A DNA stretch of 32,000 nt from Halomicronema hongdechloris C2206 (GTDB taxonomy: Bacteria; Cyanobacteriota; Cyanobacteriia; Phormidesmidales; Phormidesmidaceae). The stretch spans positions 2,310,001 to 2,342,000 of the forward strand of contig NZ_CP021983.2 in assembly GCF_002075285.3 (NCBI RefSeq), given 5' to 3'. The stretch's first letter is position 1, and every line of letters starts with the position of its first letter. The position numbers and the translations under genes were made by a program. Under the pieces are notes generated by a model. The model was not told the origin of the DNA. It was given only the letters and a program-made list of their open reading frames with translations, and searched no databases. Of this stretch, positions 18,045 to 25,988 are shown piece after piece.

Positions 18045-18527
18045 TTACGCCTCAGAGACAACAATCGTTACAACATACTGAGAGGGGGCGATTTCCTCAG
18101 TGCTGACCGGATAAGGATCGACCTCAATCAATTCGATGGTATAGCTATCGAATTTTGCCATGGCCTGGTCCCCGGCAGCGGCCCCCAAGGTGAGGCTGAT
18201 AACGTCTTGGACGGTGGATTCCTCACTCGCGAGGCTGACCCGCAGCCTGGCCGTGACTTGCCCAGCTTGAATGCAAACTACATCCGACGGGCACCTGGAA
18301 TCTGCCGTGATCTCGAGAAACTCTACTCTTATAGTCTCCGACTCGATCAGAGCCCCCTGCTGGTGACCCAGTTGCACCGGGGTCTCTAGCGGTGCCCGCA
18401 TTACCGTATCGCTTGGGGAAGTCTCTGCCGGAAAGTGTTGCGTACAGCCCATGACTGGTTGCCCATAGCCCACCATCAACAGAACCGTGACGATAGTTAA
18501 GACGAGGTTTAAGCCATTTGATTTCAT
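18045..18527 (-). CDS. Hypothetical secreted protein or possible lipoprotein
   Basis: 160-aa ORF. It has an N-terminal hydrophobic signal ending VMGC (an imperfect lipobox) and a predicted beta-rich mature part with the motif ITADSRCPSDVVCIQAG. I could not name a family. Confidence 0.6.
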   Translation of the reverse strand: MKSNGLNLVLTIVTVLLMVGYGQPVMGCTQHFPAETSPSDTVMRAPLETPVQLGHQQGALIESETIRVEFLEITADSRCPSDVVCIQAGQVTARLRVSLASEESTVQDVISLTLGAAAGDQAMAKFDSYTIELIEVDPYPVSTEEIAPSQYVVTIVVSEA

Positions 18528-18632
18528 GGGAAAAAATAGGGAGTGAAGGTATCACGGGTTTCGTGAGAGAGTGTCTTAATCCTAATCTCTCTGAGCCGGC
18601 CGCCGCCGTCGCCTGTGGCAGTTTTGATCCCC

Positions 18633-19382
18633 ATGCCCCACGCCTACTTTCGCTTTTACGGCAGCCTGAACGATTTTCTGCCGCCGTTTCGCCGCCAGCG
18701 GCAGTTTCATCGTTACATCAAGGAGCGGGGATCGATTAAGGACGCCATCGAAGCCCTGGGAGTGCCCCATCCTGAGGTGGCGCTGATTCTAGTCCATGGG
18801 ACTTCCGTCAGCTTCGATTATTTGGTGCAGCCCTATGACTGCATCAGCGTCTATCCCCAATTTACCCACCTGGATATCACCGCCCTATCGCGGGTGCAAC
18901 CGCCGCCCCTGGCCCAGGGGCGCTTCGTGTTGGATGTGCACCTGGGCAAACTGGCCACCTACCTGCGGCTGCTGGGCTTCGACACCCTCTACCGCAACGA
19001 CTACCACGACGATGACCTGGCCCAGATCTCCAGCCAGCAACAGCGTATTCTACTCACTCAAGATCGGGGCCTGCTGAAGCGCAGCATTGTTACCTACGGC
19101 TATGCCGTGCGCTCTGAACATCCCGATATTCAGATCATCGAAGTGCTGCAGCGCTTCCAGCTGCAGGCGGCCGTCTCGCCGCTGCAACGCTGCCCCCGTT
19201 GCAACGGCCCCTTGCGCCTAGTGGACAAAGCCACCATTGCCGACCAATTGCCCTACTACACCCGCCTCTACTACGACGAATTTGCCCAGTGTCAGCACTG
19301 CCGCCAGATCTACTGGAAAGGCGCCCACTACCGTCGCATCCAGGCGTTGATCGAGCGGGTGCAAACGGCCTCAGCCCCCTAG
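18633..19382 (+). CDS. Mut7-C RNase domain protein with an N-terminal ubiquitin-like (Ub-Mut7C) domain and a C-terminal zinc ribbon
   Basis: The ORF track starts at GTG 18615, but the ATG at 18633 (MPHAYFRFYGSLNDFL) is the more likely start. The PIN-like core is RFVLDVHLGKLATYLRLLGFD...LLTQDRGLL. Zinc-ribbon cysteines are CPRCNG...CQHCRQIYWKGAHY. Confidence 0.8.
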   Translation: MPHAYFRFYGSLNDFLPPFRRQRQFHRYIKERGSIKDAIEALGVPHPEVALILVHGTSVSFDYLVQPYDCISVYPQFTHLDITALSRVQPPPLAQGRFVLDVHLGKLATYLRLLGFDTLYRNDYHDDDLAQISSQQQRILLTQDRGLLKRSIVTYGYAVRSEHPDIQIIEVLQRFQLQAAVSPLQRCPRCNGPLRLVDKATIADQLPYYTRLYYDEFAQCQHCRQIYWKGAHYRRIQALIERVQTASAP

Positions 19383-19391
19383 TCACCTCAG

Positions 19392-19604
19392 GTGCAGCGG
19401 CGACGGCTCAATGCCATCCGCAGCCTGGAAGCACAACGAGGGAGCCGGGTGATTCTAATGATTCACCGCCGGAAATCCATCAGTCTGCTGGGCATTATAT
19501 CCCCCTGCCCTATCGGAATCCGCCCACGCCTCCCAGCAAGTCCAGTTGATGAGGGGATCAAACGATTGCGGGGGGCAGGACTCCGTCATTCTTATCGCAT
19601 GTAA
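19392..19604 (+). pseudogene. Possible truncated remnant of a ClpP-fold (SDH/DUF114-type) serine protease gene
   Basis: GTG-initiated 70-codon ORF. The first 35 aa or so (RRRLNAIRSLEAQRGSRVILMIHRRKSISLLGI) resemble the N-terminus of about 280-aa Clp-fold serine proteinases. The similarity then disappears in all frames. This rests on memory of the family only. Confidence 0.25.
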
Positions 19605-19726
19605 TTGGCAGCACTGCTCGAGGCGTCACTGACTGGCCTGGAGTCTGGGGTGCGTTGCAATTGCTTGGCATAACGTAGAGAGCGCCTTGCCCGGGCACGA
19701 TGCCCCGTGAGCGTCTTGGGGCCTGG

Positions 19727-20347
19727 TTAGAACAGGACAATAACTAGCAAGGTTAAAGACATGGCCGCAAAGATAGAAATCGACTCTTGCTTGAGGAAGT
19801 CATAAATCGATCGATGCTTGTCACCAGTCAAGCAATGATAGCCATCTATATCATCACTGTGGGGGTAATTATTCCCGTAGCCCGAGAAGAATAAATAGTC
19901 ATCTAACTGCAACTGCTTCTGGAGGGCTTGCCGGTCAGTCTGACTGGAATCATAGACCATTTCCATCCTGGGATAACCCGAGGTGGAGAGACTAACGCCG
20001 ATCGAGTGTCTATCTGCCGCCAAGACAGACGAGAGCAAGAGTTTACGCTCTGCTTCACTCAACACATATTCCTGAACCCGAGATACCTGGTCTTGACAGT
20101 AAGATTGATGGGCCTCATCGTAGAATCCCAATTCCTGGAAGGTGAGCTCATCGATTTCATTGATCAGCAGCCCCATGACATCGTCGCAGTCTGCCATGGC
20201 CAGAATATCCTGTATTCTCCGAGCCTGTTGTTGAGATAATTTTGGTAGTCGTGCTAGGTGATAATACTCGGTCAGAACCTTTCTGTGTTCTTCGGAAGAA
20301 CCATCTAACGAGGCTCTGAATTGTAGGGATTCCTCTGATGATTGCAT
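19727..20347 (-). CDS. Hypothetical C-tail-anchored protein; candidate partner or anti-sigma of the upstream sigma-like gene
   Basis: 206-aa ORF 65 nt downstream of the sigma-like gene. The single hydrophobic helix lies at the extreme C-terminus (ISIFAAMSLTLLVIVLF). The GC content is low. I recognised no family motif. Confidence 0.6.
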   Translation of the reverse strand: MQSSEESLQFRASLDGSSEEHRKVLTEYYHLARLPKLSQQQARRIQDILAMADCDDVMGLLINEIDELTFQELGFYDEAHQSYCQDQVSRVQEYVLSEAERKLLLSSVLAADRHSIGVSLSTSGYPRMEMVYDSSQTDRQALQKQLQLDDYLFFSGYGNNYPHSDDIDGYHCLTGDKHRSIYDFLKQESISIFAAMSLTLLVIVLF

Positions 20348-20412
20348 AAAAACTGCACCAACCTTCTTTAGCTAATGTTCTTTGAACAGTGACTCCTTGA
20401 AGTAGTCAGCCA

Positions 20413-21012
20413 TCATGAGTTATCGACGGATAGCATCCGTTTTCTCAGCCTGTCTAGGGCTCGTTCACCCTGCTTTCTGAGCTTGGCCACTAACGCAGAT
20501 GTATAGTTTGCTTCCAATCCCTCCTCCACCATAAAATAACCAATTTCCTTCCAGGAGTGACCTTTGACGATCCTAAGCATGAGAACTTGCTGGTCTCGTT
20601 CCGCCAGGGCATGAAAGGAGCTCCATAGGGAGCTGACCGTCTCTTGACTGATGCCCTCGCCATAGGAACTCTCTGGTGAGGAAACGACATCAGACCCCGA
20701 GCGGAATAGCTTTTGATTGATATTGTGATTGCGCTGCCGTTGTCGACGTTTTTCTAGGAGAATGTACTGAGATACTTGGGCCAAATAGCCAGGGAAGTTA
20801 CTGATGACTTCCCCTGCCATTACCCGTTCGCGGGTACGCAGGTAGGCTTCAATCAGAACTTCGCTTTCTTGCCATTCACCCTGGAGTCCCATTTGTGCCA
20901 ATGAGCGGCGGATGAAAAATATCAGCTTTTTTGAAGTTGATCCCTCCTCCAGCGACAATGCGCCTCTAATTACCTGATTCAGTAATTCAAGCTGCTTATG
21001 TGGCTGATCCAT
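20413..21012 (-). CDS. Divergent sigma-70/ECF-like RNA polymerase sigma factor
   Basis: 199-aa ORF. The region-2-like segment is NFPGYLAQVSQYILLEKRRQ. The region-4 HTH-like segment is LAERDQQVLMLRIVKGHSWKEIGYFM...LVAKLRKQGERALDRLRK. The GC content is low. Confidence 0.6.
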   Translation of the reverse strand: MDQPHKQLELLNQVIRGALSLEEGSTSKKLIFFIRRSLAQMGLQGEWQESEVLIEAYLRTRERVMAGEVISNFPGYLAQVSQYILLEKRRQRQRNHNINQKLFRSGSDVVSSPESSYGEGISQETVSSLWSSFHALAERDQQVLMLRIVKGHSWKEIGYFMVEEGLEANYTSALVAKLRKQGERALDRLRKRMLSVDNS

Positions 21013-21192
21013 AGGATTTATGTCCTCCTGCCCTAATGTGTCATAGACCCCTCACGATGTGACAGGTCTCCATCAAGACAGAGAACATCGATCCCCATGG
21101 CTGGCCATTCCCTCGAAATCAGGGGCTCCCTTGAGGTGCTACCACTGGTGCCCGCCCCCCTAGAAAATGTGACGCGCGACTTAATGGTTCTT

Positions 21193-21222
21193 AAAAAAGC
21201 CTGGCCCGTCGGCAGGCTTTTT
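21193..21222 (-). terminator. Rho-independent terminator downstream of the 21322..21678 gene
   Basis: The plus strand reads aaaaaagcctggcccgtcggcaggcttttt. The arms aaaaagcctg and caggcttttt are perfectly complementary, and the inner gcc/ggc can also pair. On the minus strand the stem is followed by a tttttt tract. Confidence 0.7.
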
Positions 21223-21321
21223 GCGGTGTATTGTGATCAAGTCCAGATCTGGCGGTTAACTAAGAGGATGCTCTAGGCCATGAGCTGGACTCGATGCTAG
21301 CCGCGATTCAAAATCGATGAC

Positions 21322-21678
21322 CTATGAATCATGGCTTTCTAGCATCTGCAGGAAGTCGCCGACTTGGTCGACATACAGAGAATTATCCAGGACATCCTCG
21401 TTGACATAATTGTGGTCTACTGCCGTGGTCACGATGCTCTCGGCAGTGACCTCGCCATCCCGGTACTCCTGAACGAGAAACTGACCAGCGGGGATGCCAT
21501 ATTCTTCGAATTCACCCCGGAAAGCCAAATAGGTCAATTCGAAGGCGGTGATGTCTTCGGCGGAGAGTTGCTCGGCCGCGGCTTCGCTGCGTTCCACGTG
21601 GGTATCTGCCAGGGCAGTAGGCGCGACCAATCCGGTTAGTGCCAGTGCGGACAGAGTTCCAATGGTAAAGCGTCGCAT
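21322..21678 (-). CDS. Small acidic secreted hypothetical protein
   Basis: ATG at 21678 is preceded by AGGAG. The ORF track's earlier start at 21705 is less likely. The signal peptide is MRRFTIGTLSALALTGLVAPTALA, and the mature part is about 94 aa and acidic. Confidence 0.6.
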   Translation of the reverse strand: MRRFTIGTLSALALTGLVAPTALADTHVERSEAAAEQLSAEDITAFELTYLAFRGEFEEYGIPAGQFLVQEYRDGEVTAESIVTTAVDHNYVNEDVLDNSLYVDQVGDFLQMLESHDS

Positions 21679-21918
21679 AAGATCTCCTATCGTGTCTTGC
21701 GTCAATCAACGCTCCTTTACCATCTTCAGCAATATTCGTCTGTTTCGCGTTCCACCAAAATGGGGATGTTGCTTGACTCAATCTCTATCCCCTGAAGGAT
21801 TTGTAAGGGGTATGCTGAGCATTGCCAAAGCCCTACCCCTCACCGTCGGTTAGCTCTTTGGCTGGCTGCAAGTTCGACCAAGACTAAAGGCCTAACCCCC
21901 GGTCCTGTGTCGGGGTAT

Positions 21919-22083
21919 TTACCGCATCATTTGCGATCGCAACATCGGCCAATGAGAAACGCCTGGTGGCTCGACCTCTACAAACCACTCGGTGAAAAAG
22001 TCGGCGGCGGTGGTCAAGCTGAGGCCAAAGGATTGTTTGAGATCACGCAGAGTAACGTCCGCCGCTGCTAGAGTTCGTGCCAT
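21919..22083 (-). pseudogene. N-terminal fragment of a paralog of the PD-(D/E)xK / HsdR_N-like gene at 26299..26934
   Basis: A 54-codon ORF I translated by hand: MARTLAAADVTLRDLKQSFGLSLTTAADFFTEWF... It aligns position for position with MASVIPASQVSIADLERRYGLREAPDANFFVEWH... of the 211-aa protein, then terminates. The nuclease core is absent in every frame. Confidence 0.4.
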
Positions 22084-22217
22084 ACCTAACAGCCTCTTTG
22101 CATTGTATTGTGGAGAGCATTTTTGGGCGTGCTGTGCCGTCGACCTGAAAATGCACCATCATTGCCTTCTATCTTGCCCGCAAACTCTATCAATGGCAGA
22201 TGGCTAGATGGACACCA

Positions 22218-23645
22218 TTAGCAAGGCTGTAGTTGGGCTAGGGTGATGACGATGCGGTCGATCAGGGGTCGCAGCACCCGGCCGGGGTGGTCGGCGTGGT
22301 TAATGATGAGACTGACGACGAGGGGCTCGTGGTCGGGGGGATAGAGATAGCCGCTCAGGGAAAAGTTATTGGTGACGGCGCCGGTTTTGCCATAGAAGCG
22401 ATTGGCCACTGGGGTTTGGCCAAAACGATGGCGCAGGGTGCCGGAGCGACCCGCCACGGCCAGGGACTGGCGCAAGACCCGACCCTGGGGATGGCCATGC
22501 ATGATTTGCAGCACGTCTACGAGGGCCTGGGGTGTGGCCAGGTTATGGCGAGATAAGCCAGAACCATCCACCAGCACTATCTGCTCCGGGGCGATGCCCA
22601 GGGTAGCCAGAATATTCTCGATAGCGGTTTCACTGGGAACAGCCTGGGTGGCGCCTAGGGTCTTAAACAGCACCTCGGCATAGAGGTTATGACTGTCGCG
22701 ATTGGTGGGCACCAGTAGGGTAGCCAAGGGGGGCGACTCTACCCAGGCCAGTTCCGAGTCTTCTAGGGCAACCGGCTCCCTGGTCAGTGTCGTGGCCCCG
22801 ACGGCAATGCCGGTCTCCAGCAGGGCTTGCCGCAGATGCTCTAGGAAATAGCGCCCCGGATCGGGAATGGCCAGGTCTGTGGTGTCGGGAGCACCGCCCT
22901 GGGGTAGTTGCCCCCGTAGATAGAGGGTGGCGGCGGCTAAGGCTCGCTCGACTCCCACGGTGGCGGCCTCGTCAGCGGTGGCAGTGGTCGTGCTGTTGCG
23001 AATGGACCAGGAGTCGACGGCGGTGGGATCACTCCAGCTGATGCCTAGGGGGTGGCCTGGGGCGGTGGGGGTGAGGGTGAGAGTGACGGCATTTTCATTC
23101 AGAATCAGGCCATTGACCGGAGCACCATAGGCGGCCTGCACGTCTTCCCATTCCCAATTGGGGTGAACGGCGGGCTCTTGGAAGTAGCTGTCGTCTGCCA
23201 GTAGCTGGCTGACCCGGCGGATACCCTGGCCGTGGAGTTGGCGGGCTAGGGTCCGCAGCTGTTGGGGGCCCAGGGTAGGATCGCCGCGTCCCACGACCCG
23301 CAGGCTAGTTAGCCCTTGCTGGACTCGGCCATAGAGGGAGGTGCGAATCCGGTAGGTGGGGCCCAGGTGATGCAAGGCGGCGGCGGTGGTGAAGAGTTTG
23401 ACGTTGGAGGCAGGAATGAAGAATTGCTCGGCGTCCTGGTGATAGATGACTTCCCCTGCCAGGGTTTCCACGGCAATCCCCAGGTGAGCAGGGCGGAGTT
23501 CTGGGCTGGTGGTGACAGGTGCGATCGCATCACCGACATCCTTTGGGCACAGGGCCAGGGCTGGCCAAGCCCAAACTAGACCCACCAACCCCATGGCCAG
23601 GGCTGGTAGCAAAGCAAGTCCAGAGAGACTAGATCCTCGAATCAC
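22218..23645 (-). CDS. dacB: D-alanyl-D-alanine carboxypeptidase/endopeptidase, PBP4 (peptidase S13)
   Basis: 475-aa ORF with a signal peptide. Motifs are SxxK (ASNVKL), SxN (GSGLSRHN) and KTG (YGKTGAV). The GTG start directly abuts the upstream stop codon. Confidence 0.9.
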   Translation of the reverse strand: MIRGSSLSGLALLPALAMGLVGLVWAWPALALCPKDVGDAIAPVTTSPELRPAHLGIAVETLAGEVIYHQDAEQFFIPASNVKLFTTAAALHHLGPTYRIRTSLYGRVQQGLTSLRVVGRGDPTLGPQQLRTLARQLHGQGIRRVSQLLADDSYFQEPAVHPNWEWEDVQAAYGAPVNGLILNENAVTLTLTPTAPGHPLGISWSDPTAVDSWSIRNSTTTATADEAATVGVERALAAATLYLRGQLPQGGAPDTTDLAIPDPGRYFLEHLRQALLETGIAVGATTLTREPVALEDSELAWVESPPLATLLVPTNRDSHNLYAEVLFKTLGATQAVPSETAIENILATLGIAPEQIVLVDGSGLSRHNLATPQALVDVLQIMHGHPQGRVLRQSLAVAGRSGTLRHRFGQTPVANRFYGKTGAVTNNFSLSGYLYPPDHEPLVVSLIINHADHPGRVLRPLIDRIVITLAQLQPC

Positions 23646-24761
23646 TTACATCGTCACCGGCGACTCCACATACATCGTCGGCTCCTGCACAGTAAACTTG
23701 ATGCCATAGCCACTAAGGCGCTGGGCAATGGTCTCATTGGCTAATTCCAGCAGCCGCTTGCGCAACTGAATCGAATTTTCATTGGAGCCGAGGATAAAGA
23801 AGGTGACCCGAGCCCGCTGGCGGGCCCCATTCAACTCTTCCCGCCCCGGCGGCCCGGTAAAGGCAATGCTGGTGCTGCCGGGATCGATGCCAAACACCGC
23901 GTCCGTCCCTTCCGAGACCACCTGTCTCACCAGGGCCGCGTCTTCATCGGTCAGAGGCTTAGTGAAGTCCATATAGAGCAAGACCATCACCTTCTTCGCC
24001 CGGCTGACATTTTCGATGTCCATGCTCATCAGGGTGGAGTTGGGCACGATGATCAGGGTGCTCTTGGCCGCCGTGCGGATCTTGGTCGAGCGCAGGCCAA
24101 TGGACTCTACCCGGCCCAATTGCTTATCTTGCAGGCGAATATACTCTCCCGGCACAAAGGGCCGATCCAAATACAGCACCACCGTACTGAGGAGCTGCTC
24201 CAGGATTTTCTGGGCGGCGAAGGCGACCGCTAACCCCCCAATTCCCAAACTGGCCATCAAGCCAATCAGATTGAAGCGCTGACTCTGGGCAAAGGCCAAT
24301 ACCGAAATGAAGCCAATGATCACATTGACCAAGGTCTCCACCACCAGCAGTAATTCATCGGCCTCCCGCCCCAATTTCTTCAGCAGGTCGATGCCATAGA
24401 CGCGCACAAACTGACGAAACAGACGTGAGGCTAGCCAGGCGACGCCGGCAATCACGCCCAGGTCCACAAATGGACTGAAGAAATTAAACAGACTCTGGTA
24501 CTCCGGCTGCAGCCAGGCCATCGACAGCGACACCAGGATCAGGGTCCCCGCCAGTTTAAAGGCCCCCCGAATCGGGTCGATCAGGTTTTCATAGAGATCC
24601 GTAACCTGATTGGGGGAAAAGCGGCGGATAATCAACCGAACAATGCCCGGGGTATATCGACCGATTAACAGGGCCAGTAATAACGAAATAAAAAAGACAG
24701 CCAGCTTCGGAATTTCAGGGAAATCCAGCTGCAATACCCGTGCGATGTCTTGCCAGTTCAT
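23646..24761 (-). CDS. Mechanosensitive ion channel family protein (MscS-like)
   Basis: 371-aa ORF with N-terminal TM helices, the pore-helix region GLMASLGIGGLAVAFAAQKILEQL, and a beta domain with GRVESIGLRSTKIRT. Confidence 0.88.
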   Translation of the reverse strand: MNWQDIARVLQLDFPEIPKLAVFFISLLLALLIGRYTPGIVRLIIRRFSPNQVTDLYENLIDPIRGAFKLAGTLILVSLSMAWLQPEYQSLFNFFSPFVDLGVIAGVAWLASRLFRQFVRVYGIDLLKKLGREADELLLVVETLVNVIIGFISVLAFAQSQRFNLIGLMASLGIGGLAVAFAAQKILEQLLSTVVLYLDRPFVPGEYIRLQDKQLGRVESIGLRSTKIRTAAKSTLIIVPNSTLMSMDIENVSRAKKVMVLLYMDFTKPLTDEDAALVRQVVSEGTDAVFGIDPGSTSIAFTGPPGREELNGARQRARVTFFILGSNENSIQLRKRLLELANETIAQRLSGYGIKFTVQEPTMYVESPVTM

Positions 24762-25913
24762 TTAGACGGTGATGGGCGAATCGACATAGATAGTAGGTTC
24801 CTCAATATCAAAGGAGATACCGTAGGTCTTCAGCTGAGCCGTTAGGTTTTGGCTAGCCACATCCAGTACCTGGCGGCGCAGTTCCATTGATACCTCTCCC
24901 GACCCCAGAATAAAGAAGGTGACCTGTACCTGGGTCTGACCAGGTCCCAGCTCGCGGAAGGCAATGTCGGTACTGCGGGAATCAATGCCGAAGATATCGC
25001 GGGTACTTTCAATAATGACCTGACGAATCAATGCCTGTTCCTCTTCGCTGATGGAGCGATAGATATTCAAATGGACGATGGCCATTAGTTTCTTGGCGCC
25101 GGTGAAGTTCTCCACCGTTGTCTGGATCACCGCATTATTAGGCACAATGGCCAGGGTCCCCTTGCCGGAAGTCCGCACCTTGGTAGAGCGCAGACCAATG
25201 GCCTCGACCCGACCGAACGTGCCATCGGGTAAGCCGATATAATCATCGACACCAAAGGGCCGATCCACATAAATAACGATGCCCCCTAAGAGCTGTTCCA
25301 ACACCTTTTGGGCGGCAAAGGCAACGGCAATCCCCCCGACTCCCAAGCTGGCCACTAGACCAATCACATTGATGTCGTGGGTCTGGCCAAAGATAATGGC
25401 CAGAATCACCACAATGGCAAAGTTAGCCAGGAACTTGCCTAGGATGAGTAGCTCACTATTGGTCTTGCGGCCACTCTTCAGGGCCGCATCCAAGAGATAG
25501 GTGTCGAAGTAAGCCTTAAAGCACCTGGAAAACAACCAGCCCAGGGCCAGGGTGAATATCAGCGTCAATGGCGTCTCCAACCGCCAATACCAGCGCACCT
25601 GCAGCCCCAGGCGCAGCAGCAGCAAGATGGCAGTATCTAGAATGCCGAGGGTGATCACGTTGCCCAACAGTCCCTGTTGCGGTTGAATCACCCGGCTGTA
25701 GAACACCTCCGCCTCGCCAGACAGTAAGCGTTTAAGGATGACGTTGAAGGCAACCGCAATTAGACGACCCAGCAGCCAGGCAGCAATGGCTGTTAGTGCG
25801 ATTAGACTAGCCCATAATAGCCAAGGCCGCTCGGCAACGACCTGGGGAGGATGGATATCTGCCATGCGTGTAAATTTATGAAAGTCTATAGCTAGTACCT
25901 TAGCAAAGACCAC
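24762..25913 (-). CDS. Mechanosensitive ion channel family protein (MscS-like), tandem paralog
   Basis: 383-aa ORF from GTG 25913; an alternative ATG lies at 25865. It shows GLVASLGVGGIAVAFAAQKVLEQL and GRVEAIGLRSTKVRT, clearly paralogous to the downstream gene. Its TAA stop is directly followed by the ATG of the next gene. Confidence 0.88.
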   Translation of the reverse strand: MVFAKVLAIDFHKFTRMADIHPPQVVAERPWLLWASLIALTAIAAWLLGRLIAVAFNVILKRLLSGEAEVFYSRVIQPQQGLLGNVITLGILDTAILLLLRLGLQVRWYWRLETPLTLIFTLALGWLFSRCFKAYFDTYLLDAALKSGRKTNSELLILGKFLANFAIVVILAIIFGQTHDINVIGLVASLGVGGIAVAFAAQKVLEQLLGGIVIYVDRPFGVDDYIGLPDGTFGRVEAIGLRSTKVRTSGKGTLAIVPNNAVIQTTVENFTGAKKLMAIVHLNIYRSISEEEQALIRQVIIESTRDIFGIDSRSTDIAFRELGPGQTQVQVTFFILGSGEVSMELRRQVLDVASQNLTAQLKTYGISFDIEEPTIYVDSPITV

Positions 25914-25988
25914 GATATGCCGGCTGTGGGCTCAGTGTCGTTTGTAGGGATATTAAGTGTGATCGGATCGTAATTTGCCTACTCACCC

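Noticed and set aside
18033-18770. ORFs 18033..18389 (+), 18223..18555 (-), 18518..18739 (+) and 18582..18770 (-)
   Set aside because: They overlap the lipoprotein-like and Mut7-C genes, whose frames have signal-peptide or domain evidence. These alternatives have none.
21992-22207. A 71-aa plus-strand ORF
   Set aside because: It lies opposite the minus-strand fragment that shows clear paralogy to the 26299..26934 protein. It has no RBS or motif support.
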